A stretch of DNA of 64,000 nucleotides, taken from positions 8,762 to 72,761 of the forward strand of contig CACOWI010000004.1 of NCBI GenBank assembly GCA_902630885.1, written 5' to 3'. Under the pieces are notes generated by a model. It did no database searches. It was not told the origin of the DNA and worked only from the letters and a program-made list of their open reading frames with translations. Shown here one piece after another: positions 1 to 7,394 of this stretch; the stretch's first letter is position 1, and each line of letters begins with the position of its first letter. The position numbers were made by a program, and so were the translations under genes. This DNA comes from an uncultured SAR86 cluster bacterium (GTDB taxonomy: Bacteria > Pseudomonadota > Gammaproteobacteria > Magnimaribacterales > D2472).

Positions 1-760
1 CATTCCTTTGATTGTTGATAATACGGCTGCGCCTGTAATTTGTAAGCCTTTTGAGCACGGCGCTGCAGCATTAATTCATTCAACAACAAAATTTATTGGA
101 GGTCATGGAACTTCAATTGGAGGAATTATAGTTGATAGTGGTAATTTTGATTGGGAGGCCTTCCCGGAAAGACAACCTGCATTAAATAGCCCGGATCCAT
201 CATATGGCGGTGCAGTGTGGACTGAAGCTGTAAAACCTTTAGGACCAATAGCATATATTCTTAAAGCTAGAACTACTATCTTAAGAGATATGGGTGCAGC
301 AATGAGCCCATTTAATGCATTCATGTTTATTCAAGGCTTGGAGACGCTTGCCCTCAGAATGAGAGAACATTCTGCAAATGCTGAGGTGATCGCTAAGTAT
401 TTATCTGAACATGATTCTGTTGAAAGAGTCATTTACCCATCTGTTATGGAAGGTTATGCAAAAGAAAGAGCTGACAAATATCTTACACGAGGTAATGGGG
501 GCCTAATGGGTTTTGAAATAAAAGGTGGTAGAGAATCTGGTGAGAAATTCATTAATGCTCTTGAGATGGTTTACCATGTTGCAAATATTGGTGATTCAAG
601 AAGTTTAGCTATTCATCCAGGAAGTACAACTCATAGCCAACTGTCAGAAGAAGAACTATTATCAGCTGGAATAACCCCAGGTTTTGTCAGGCTTTCAATT
701 GGACTTGAGCATACGGACGATATAATTGCTGACTTCGAGCAAGCTCTGTCGAAGATTTAG
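1..760 (+). CDS. metY: O-acetylhomoserine/O-acetylserine sulfhydrylase (PLP-dependent), C-terminal ~250 aa; 5' end lies outside the window
   Basis: Frame is open from base 2. Contains 'IPLIVDNT', the PLP-lysine region 'HSTTKFIGGHGTSIGG' and C-terminal 'VRLSIGLEHTDDIIAD', typical of Cys/Met-metabolism PLP enzymes. Confidence 0.85.
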   Translation, partial: IPLIVDNTAAPVICKPFEHGAAALIHSTTKFIGGHGTSIGGIIVDSGNFDWEAFPERQPALNSPDPSYGGAVWTEAVKPLGPIAYILKARTTILRDMGAAMSPFNAFMFIQGLETLALRMREHSANAEVIAKYLSEHDSVERVIYPSVMEGYAKERADKYLTRGNGGLMGFEIKGGRESGEKFINALEMVYHVANIGDSRSLAIHPGSTTHSQLSEEELLSAGITPGFVRLSIGLEHTDDIIADFEQALSKI

Positions 761-766
761 TAAATT

Positions 767-1276
767 TTGAGCCAAGAATTAGTAACTTATATAGTTCTTG
801 GCTCGAAAGAAAGATTAAAGGGATTAAAACTTCCAACCTCAGACAAGGATGAGAGATACCTGTTTGCCGACTTCTCTAGAGGTATTTCTAAAGAAAAGAC
901 ACTAGATGAGCTTATAGCTAAGTCAGATGGTACTTTAATAGTTTTGTTGCCACCCTCAGCAATTCCGAATAAAAAAGCAAAAAATGCACTAAAAAAAATT
1001 GCTATGCTTGATCTTTCAGCATGGGGATGGTTCCGATTCAAAGAAAAAAAAGATTTCTTAGAAAATATTAAAAGATTTTCTACTACCATAAGAAATATAC
1101 CTAAGCTAGAACAAGGAATTTTTTTTAGTAAACGACTATATTTTTCAGTTGGTGGGATTGGATACTTTGGAATAGATCCATTCAAAGAAATAGCAAAAAG
1201 ATTTTATTCAAGAATTGATCCACAAAATCCTTTACCAGCACTTATAATAAGGACTAGAAATCTTAAAATATTCTAA
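767..1276 (+). CDS. hypothetical basic protein (169 aa), TTG start, no recognisable motif
   Basis: Fills the whole metY-ccmA gap. Its stop TAA shares one base with the ccmA ATG (TAATG). No family recognised by eye. Confidence 0.5.
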   Translation: MSQELVTYIVLGSKERLKGLKLPTSDKDERYLFADFSRGISKEKTLDELIAKSDGTLIVLLPPSAIPNKKAKNALKKIAMLDLSAWGWFRFKEKKDFLENIKRFSTTIRNIPKLEQGIFFSKRLYFSVGGIGYFGIDPFKEIAKRFYSRIDPQNPLPALIIRTRNLKIF

Positions 1277-1854
1277 TGAATAATAATTCCTTAATAGTTG
1301 CAGAAAATATAGGCTACAAAATCAATGAAAATAAGCTTTTTCATAGAATGTCTTTCAACATCAATAGAGGCGAAGCGCTTCATATTAAAGGTAGCAACGG
1401 GTCTGGGAAATCTACCTTGATTAGAATTATTTTAGGAATTACTCAACCAGTAAAAGGAGTTATAGAAAATAAATCAACCAAAGAAATTTGTTATCTTGGA
1501 CACAAAAATGCCTTAAAAAGCTATTTAACGCTTGAGGATAACATCAACTTAATGCAATTGAATAACAATATGATGCTTAATGATTATCTCGAGAAATTAG
1601 AATTAAAAAAATACAAAGATGTAACGGTATCAAATTTATCTTTTGGACAGCAAAAGAAGTTAGCATTATTAAGGGTTTTTTTAAACAATTCTGATTTAAT
1701 AATTTTAGATGAACCTTTTGTTGGACTCGATGATAATGCACATTTGGAGCTAACTACATTCTTAAATAATGAACTAGAAAAAAATAAATCAGTTATATTT
1801 ACATCTCATATACCATGTAATATCAACTCAAAAATAATAGAAATACCTCAATAA
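1276..1854 (+). CDS. ccmA: heme exporter ATP-binding protein CcmA
   Basis: Walker A 'GSNGSGKST', ABC signature 'LSFGQQKK', Walker B 'LIILDEP'. About 190 aa and first gene of the ccm cluster. Confidence 0.85.
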   Translation: MNNNSLIVAENIGYKINENKLFHRMSFNINRGEALHIKGSNGSGKSTLIRIILGITQPVKGVIENKSTKEICYLGHKNALKSYLTLEDNINLMQLNNNMMLNDYLEKLELKKYKDVTVSNLSFGQQKKLALLRVFLNNSDLIILDEPFVGLDDNAHLELTTFLNNELEKNKSVIFTSHIPCNINSKIIEIPQ

Positions 1855-1858
1855 AAAC

Positions 1859-2500
1859 ATGTTTAGATTAGAGTTATTAAAATTAAGGAAAAAGACAAGA
1901 AGTTGGTTAGGTCCAATATTAGTTTTTTGGTTAATTATGCTTGCATATCCTCTAACTGTAGAATTTCTTCAAGATAAACTAGAAATTGGATTTTTTTCGG
2001 TACTATGGATTGCCATTTTAATCTCTATGATGCTTGCTACAGAGGATATATTTACCGAGGACTTCAATGATGGCTCTCTAGAGCAAACTCTCATTAAAAA
2101 TTTATCTTTTTCTATTAGTATCGTAACGAAGATTTTTACGTATTGGCTTCTAATAGGATTGCCTATTTCAATTTTAAGCTTTATTTTTTCACTGGGCACA
2201 ACAGAAGATTTTTTGCTAAGCATATCAATTTTTCCTTTAGCGATAATAAGTTCTTATATCTTCTTAAATTTATTTGTTTTAGGAAACGCACTTAGTCTTA
2301 ATAAGGGTTCTGTCCTTGGTGCACTGGTTACTATGCCTTTAGCACTACCAGTTTTAATAGTTTTAGGAAAAGGACTAATCGCTATTCAACTGAATATAAA
2401 TTTCTTAAGTTTTATTTTTTTATTATTGGGAAGCTTATCTATTATAATAGTTGTGATACCTGTAGTCGTATCTTATGTAATTAAGGCTCATTTAGAATAA
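1859..2500 (+). CDS. ccmB: heme exporter membrane protein CcmB
   Basis: 213-aa polytopic membrane protein between ccmA and ccmC. Size and position are typical. Confidence 0.8.
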   Translation: MFRLELLKLRKKTRSWLGPILVFWLIMLAYPLTVEFLQDKLEIGFFSVLWIAILISMMLATEDIFTEDFNDGSLEQTLIKNLSFSISIVTKIFTYWLLIGLPISILSFIFSLGTTEDFLLSISIFPLAIISSYIFLNLFVLGNALSLNKGSVLGALVTMPLALPVLIVLGKGLIAIQLNINFLSFIFLLLGSLSIIIVVIPVVVSYVIKAHLE

Positions 2501-2523
2501 AGCCGATCAGCACAAAATATAAA

Positions 2524-3255
2524 GTGATTAAAAAATTTATACACCAATTTGCTTCTCCAAAGACATATCTATATCAAGTAGATAGGTTTTATAGTTATAT
2601 TTTTTTATTTTCCATAATAACTTATATCATTTCTATCACTTGGGGTCTTTTATATACTCCAGAAGACTTTGTTCAAGGTAATTCGTATAGAATTATTTAT
2701 CTTCATGTTCCTGCATCATTTTTATCACAATCTTTGTATATAGCGATGGCAATATCAAGCGTTACTTATCTGATATGGAGGGTTAAGCTTGCCGCATACC
2801 TCGTAATAGCGATTGCTCCCATTGGAGCAATGACAACTTTTATTGCATTGATATCTGGATCTATATGGGGCATACCTACTTGGGGGACATGGTGGCAATG
2901 GGATGCCAGAATAACTTCTACTTTGATTCTATTTATTATGTATCTTGGCTTAATATCTTTGCATAATTCATTTAGTAATCATGAGAAAGCAGATAAATTA
3001 CTCTCGTGGTTAGTAATAGTAGGGGCAATTAACATTCCTATTATTAAAAAGTCGGTTGACTGGTGGAGCACTCTCCATCAATCAGCCTCTATAACTCTCA
3101 CAGATAAGCCTTCAATTGACCCAGTTATGCTTTATCCCTTGATAGGCTCAATAACAGGATTCTTTGGCTTGGTGATATGTTTAGTTTTGCTTTCATCAAA
3201 ATATCAAATATTTATAAGAGAAAAAAATAAATCTTGGGTAAAAGATTATGTTTAA
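2524..3255 (+). CDS. ccmC: heme exporter / heme-handling protein CcmC
   Basis: WWD motif 'WGTWWQWDARITS', polytopic, GTG start. Confidence 0.9.
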   Translation: MIKKFIHQFASPKTYLYQVDRFYSYIFLFSIITYIISITWGLLYTPEDFVQGNSYRIIYLHVPASFLSQSLYIAMAISSVTYLIWRVKLAAYLVIAIAPIGAMTTFIALISGSIWGIPTWGTWWQWDARITSTLILFIMYLGLISLHNSFSNHEKADKLLSWLVIVGAINIPIIKKSVDWWSTLHQSASITLTDKPSIDPVMLYPLIGSITGFFGLVICLVLLSSKYQIFIREKNKSWVKDYV

Positions 3256-3289
3256 TTTTGCATTTAATTCTTTGTATGAGGCCTTATAT

Positions 3290-3415
3290 ATGAATGGTCA
3301 TGGATTATATGTGTGGAGCGTAGTAATACTAGTATTTCTAAGTTTATTAGGCTTTTTTATAGGCTACACTATAAAAATTAAAAAAATTAAAGATAAATTA
3401 AATGAACCCAATTAG
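3290..3415 (+). CDS. ccmD: heme exporter protein CcmD (41 aa; absent from the supplied ORF track)
   Basis: Hand translation gives MNGHGLYVWSVVILVFLSLLGFFIGYTIKIKKIKDKLNEPN*. It has the CcmD-like 'G.G.YVW' start, a single TM and a basic tail. It lies between ccmC and ccmE and overlaps the ccmE start by 14 nt. Confidence 0.7.
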   Translation: MNGHGLYVWSVVILVFLSLLGFFIGYTIKIKKIKDKLNEPN

Positions 3416-3812
3416 AAAGAGAAGAGTCTTCAGTATACTTTTTGTACTTTTATTTTCGGTATCAGGCATTTCATTAATACTATACTCATTAAATTCTAAT
3501 TTGGATTATTTTTTTACGCCCACTGAGTTAAAGGATAGGAATATACCTAGTGAAAAAAGAATAAAGGTTGGTGGCATGGTTCTTAGTGGATCTGTAGAAA
3601 GGGCCTCGTCAAAAATCTCTTTTATAATTACTGATTATGAAAATTCAGTAAAAGTTGTTTATGAAGGCATTGTCCCAGACCTATTTAAAGAAGATAGCGG
3701 TGTTGTAGTTTTAGGAGTTTTAAGAAATAAGACAATTTATGCAGAAGAAGTTTTAGCTAAACATGATGAAAATTATATGCCTCCAAATATTGAAATGAAC
3801 AATGATAATTGA
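3402..3812 (+). CDS. ccmE: cytochrome c-type biogenesis heme chaperone CcmE
   Basis: N-terminal TM anchor, OB-like body and the heme-binding His motif 'LAKHDENYMPP'. Confidence 0.9.
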   Translation: MNPIRKRRVFSILFVLLFSVSGISLILYSLNSNLDYFFTPTELKDRNIPSEKRIKVGGMVLSGSVERASSKISFIITDYENSVKVVYEGIVPDLFKEDSGVVVLGVLRNKTIYAEEVLAKHDENYMPPNIEMNNDN

Positions 3813-5697
3813 AATTTCTCACTTTTTATCAATTTTAGCTACTGGCTTATTTTTTTTAGTCGGTTATTTTTCCATATTTACTCCTTCATCAAATTCAAGC
3901 TATTTATCAAGTTTAATTACTAGAACATATTCACAAGGATTCTTTTTTTTATTTTTTTCTTTCTTAATATATGTATGGCTAGCAATTACAGATAATTTCA
4001 ATGTCGAATATATTGCAAATCACTCTAATACAGCCTTGCCGACTTTTTATAAAATTACTTCCATTTGGAGTGCGCACGAAGGATCTATGTTTCTTTGGAT
4101 AGTTTTTTTATCTCTATGGGGTTTTATATTCAATATCAGAGTCAATAATAATGAAATTTTAAAGCCGAAAAGCATGGGGATAATTTCCTTTATATTAGTA
4201 GGTTTTTTAGTTTTTTTGTTAGCTACATCAAATCCATTTGTAACAATCCTTCCTATTCCACCATTAAATGGAGCAGATATTAATCCAGTTCTTCAAGATC
4301 CTGCACTGGCAATACATCCTCCAACTCTATATTTAGGATATGTCGGATTTGTAATTCCTTTCGCTTGCGCAATTGCTTTTTTGCTTCACGGAGATGCAGA
4401 AATTAACTGGGAAGCTTTAGTAAAAAAATGGTCAGTATCAGCATGGGTTTTTTTAACGATAGGAATAACTCTTGGAAGTTGGTGGGCATATTATGAGCTT
4501 GGTTGGGGTGGATATTGGTTTTGGGATCCTGTTGAAAATGTTGCATTAATGCCATGGCTTGCGGCTACAGCATTTATTCATTCTCTTGGGGTTTCGATAA
4601 AGTCATCACAACTAAGAATTTGGACAATTTTGTTATCAATTTTAGTTTTTTCTTTAAGTTTGTTCGGAGCTTTCATCGTAAGGTCTGGAATTATTGATAG
4701 TGTCCATTCATTTGCAAATGATCCTGATAGAGGGCTCTACTTATTAGGATTTATTGGATTAATTGTTTTTATATCCGTTTTTTTATTTGTATGGAGGTTA
4801 TCAAGCATAAAATCCTCATCTGTAATAAAGAAGTTTTCAAAACAATCATTTATTTCTATAAATAACATTCTTTTTGGAACCTTGATATTTTCTGTAATGT
4901 TAGGAGTTACATACCCTTTAATTTATGAATTTTTATTTGATCAAAAAATTAGTGTTGGCGCTCCATTTTATAATGCAATATTTATACCTGTAGTAGTTTT
5001 AGCATCAATTTTTTTATTTTTTTCGGTCGACTCAAAATGGTCTAGAAGTATTAATTTTGAATTCTTTACTGCTCCTATATTTTTATCGGCCGTATTATCT
5101 TTAGCACTTACTTTTTTTGTAATGCAATTCTTTAATACTCAAAGTATTTCGATACTTGCTTCAATATTTGCAGGCTCATTGATAATATTTAGATATATTT
5201 ATGAAATTATTAATTTTCTATTTAAAAAGAAATACGTAAATCCTTTTAGTGTAATAGCACATATGTCACTCGGATTACTGTTGGTATCTATTTCCTTTAA
5301 TAGTTTGCTTAGCACTGAGAGGGCATTAAGTATAGATATTAATAGTACGGAAGAATATAAAGATCTAAAGATTTTTTTTGAAGATATTGGAGTAGAAAAT
5401 AATTCTAATTACGATTCTATACAAGCATCATTTTTAGTTGAGGATCAGAACGGTAGGGCGTTTAATCTTAAACCAGAGAAAAGAAGATATTTTACAAGAG
5501 GCCAAATAACTACAGAGACAGCAATTCATGTAACTGCTCTGAGAGACATCTATATTACTATTGGAGATCAACTAGATGATGGAAGCTGGGTTGTTAATGT
5601 TCAAATAAACTATTTGATTAGGTGGATATGGTTTTCAGCCTTATTGATGGGGTTTGCTGGAATAATATTAGTTTTTTCAAATAGAGCAAAAGCATGA
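3802..5697 (+). CDS. ccmF: cytochrome c heme lyase subunit CcmF
   Basis: 631-aa polytopic protein with WWD motif 'WGGYWFWDPVEN'. Overlaps the ccmE end and the ccmG start. Confidence 0.92.
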   Translation: MIIEISHFLSILATGLFFLVGYFSIFTPSSNSSYLSSLITRTYSQGFFFLFFSFLIYVWLAITDNFNVEYIANHSNTALPTFYKITSIWSAHEGSMFLWIVFLSLWGFIFNIRVNNNEILKPKSMGIISFILVGFLVFLLATSNPFVTILPIPPLNGADINPVLQDPALAIHPPTLYLGYVGFVIPFACAIAFLLHGDAEINWEALVKKWSVSAWVFLTIGITLGSWWAYYELGWGGYWFWDPVENVALMPWLAATAFIHSLGVSIKSSQLRIWTILLSILVFSLSLFGAFIVRSGIIDSVHSFANDPDRGLYLLGFIGLIVFISVFLFVWRLSSIKSSSVIKKFSKQSFISINNILFGTLIFSVMLGVTYPLIYEFLFDQKISVGAPFYNAIFIPVVVLASIFLFFSVDSKWSRSINFEFFTAPIFLSAVLSLALTFFVMQFFNTQSISILASIFAGSLIIFRYIYEIINFLFKKKYVNPFSVIAHMSLGLLLVSISFNSLLSTERALSIDINSTEEYKDLKIFFEDIGVENNSNYDSIQASFLVEDQNGRAFNLKPEKRRYFTRGQITTETAIHVTALRDIYITIGDQLDDGSWVVNVQINYLIRWIWFSALLMGFAGIILVFSNRAKA

Positions 5698-6215
5698 ATA
5701 TATTATTGAAGTTAATTGTTCTAATAGTACCAGCAATATTTATTTTTCTATTTTTTATAATTCTAACTAATGAAGATGTTTATCCTGGTGCAGATTATGA
5801 TCAATTTGAGTTGCCTGATTTTGAATTAAAGGATCTTGATGATTCCAAAAGAATAAGCATTGATTTCATAGAAGGTGATTATGTCCTAAATGTATGGGCT
5901 AGTTGGTGTATTACCTGCATCGTAGAGCATCCTTATCTTATGAATTTAAGTAAAACTGGAGTCCCAGTCATTGGGCTAAATTATAAAGATGAGAAACAAG
6001 ATGCCATTGTTTGGCTTAAGAAATATGGAAATCCTTATCAGACAATATTACATGACTATAAGGGGAATCTTGCACTTGATTTAGGTGTGACAGGCGCTCC
6101 AGAAACTTTTTTAATTAACAATGGAGAGATCGTTGCTCACTATCAAGGCGAGGTAAATGATCGAATATGGAATGATGTTTTTATGCCAATTATTAAAGAT
6201 AGGGAAATGTTTTAG
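5694..6215 (+). CDS. ccmG: periplasmic thiol:disulfide oxidoreductase CcmG/DsbE
   Basis: N-terminal TM anchor, thioredoxin fold with 'WASWCITC' (CxxC) and 'GVTGAPETFLI'. ATGA overlap with ccmF. Confidence 0.85.
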   Translation: MNILLKLIVLIVPAIFIFLFFIILTNEDVYPGADYDQFELPDFELKDLDDSKRISIDFIEGDYVLNVWASWCITCIVEHPYLMNLSKTGVPVIGLNYKDEKQDAIVWLKKYGNPYQTILHDYKGNLALDLGVTGAPETFLINNGEIVAHYQGEVNDRIWNDVFMPIIKDREMF

Positions 6216-6584
6216 ATGAGATATCTTTTTATATTTTTAGCTTTTCTCTCGATAAACTCATCGTCGGATAATTTATATTATTTTGAAGATGAGATCGACG
6301 AAACTAGATTTAATAACCTTATAAAAGATATTAGATGTCCAAAATGTACTTCTGGTTCATTATCTAGTTCAAACGCTCCAATATCTGAAGATTTAAAAAT
6401 AAAGATTGCTGAGATGATCAATGAGAATAAAACTGATCAAGAAATTAAAGATTATGTTTCATCAAGATTTGGTCAGGACTCTTTGTATGAGCCTGAGTTA
6501 AATAAAAATACATATATCTTATGGTATTCGCCGTTTGCTTTTCTTTTACTAGCTCTTCTATTTTTCTTCTTTAGAAGACAATAA
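6216..6584 (+). CDS. ccmH: cytochrome c biogenesis protein CcmH
   Basis: Signal peptide, 'IRCPKCTSGSLSSSNAPISEDLK' (the conserved RCxxC..S...SNAP motif) and a C-terminal TM. Confidence 0.85.
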   Translation: MRYLFIFLAFLSINSSSDNLYYFEDEIDETRFNNLIKDIRCPKCTSGSLSSSNAPISEDLKIKIAEMINENKTDQEIKDYVSSRFGQDSLYEPELNKNTYILWYSPFAFLLLALLFFFFRRQ

Positions 6585-7369
6585 TGTTTATTTTCTACTT
6601 TTTAACAATCTTTGCAGCATTGCCTATAGTTGCATATATTTTGGCTCAGAGAACTCCAAATAAAGGATTAATTTTTGGCTCTTCGGTAATAGTTTTAGTT
6701 GTCTGTTTATTCATATTTATAAGTAAATTTGCTGTTATTGGCTCTGTTGAAAAACAAGTACTCAATAACAAAATTTTTGATGAAATTTATGTTGATTCAA
6801 CAATATCTGTTAGACATCTTAAAGAATTGGAAAATATTCTTGATGAGGATGAAATTAAGAACTGGCTTGTGGGACTAATAAGTAAATCAATTGACTTAAA
6901 TAAACTTAAATCAGCAGAGAGTTTAATTGCTTTTTCTGAAAAATTTTTTGTTTCAAATAATGAAAAGATGATTTTTTATAATCTATATTCTGTGTTGAGA
7001 GACAAAAAATTCCCTGAATTTAAGGATTCTAGTTTTGAGATTAGTCCTGATTCTTCATATCCATGCTCCATAAGTAATGGTGAAATCAATCTATATATTA
7101 TGAATGGTCCTGAAATTCCAATTGCTAAAAGAGAATTTACTAATAAAGACGGTATTTTACTTAATAATTTAGACAGTCTATTACCAGGTTATGACTTAGC
7201 TTCTGCATATTTAAATAAGGAAACTATAGAGTTAAATATTCAAATAAATTGCTTAGATGATCAGCAAATATTTTATGTTCAAAATCCTATTGCGCTTGAT
7301 CAAAACAAACCTTTTAATTCATATAAAATTAGTTTAAATGAATGGTTTAAAAACTCACAAGAGTTATAA
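6584..7369 (+). CDS. CcmI/CycH-like cytochrome c biogenesis protein, short form (261 aa)
   Basis: Sits directly after ccmH (stop and start share a base). Has two N-terminal TM helices. The C-terminal 'NLYIMNGPEIPIAKREF' resembles the 'FIFARA..GP.MPLAV.R' segment of the CcmI / E. coli CcmH C-terminus. The TPR part is much reduced. Confidence 0.5.
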   Translation: MFIFYFLTIFAALPIVAYILAQRTPNKGLIFGSSVIVLVVCLFIFISKFAVIGSVEKQVLNNKIFDEIYVDSTISVRHLKELENILDEDEIKNWLVGLISKSIDLNKLKSAESLIAFSEKFFVSNNEKMIFYNLYSVLRDKKFPEFKDSSFEISPDSSYPCSISNGEINLYIMNGPEIPIAKREFTNKDGILLNNLDSLLPGYDLASAYLNKETIELNIQINCLDDQQIFYVQNPIALDQNKPFNSYKISLNEWFKNSQEL

Positions 7370-7394
7370 TAGAAACAGTAAATTGACTCTTTAA

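Noticed and set aside
787-1185. 132-aa ORF antisense to the hypothetical gene upstream of ccmA
   Set aside because: The plus-strand frame fits the operon and is coupled to ccmA. I cannot fully exclude the antisense frame, so it is noted in the corresponding finding rather than called.
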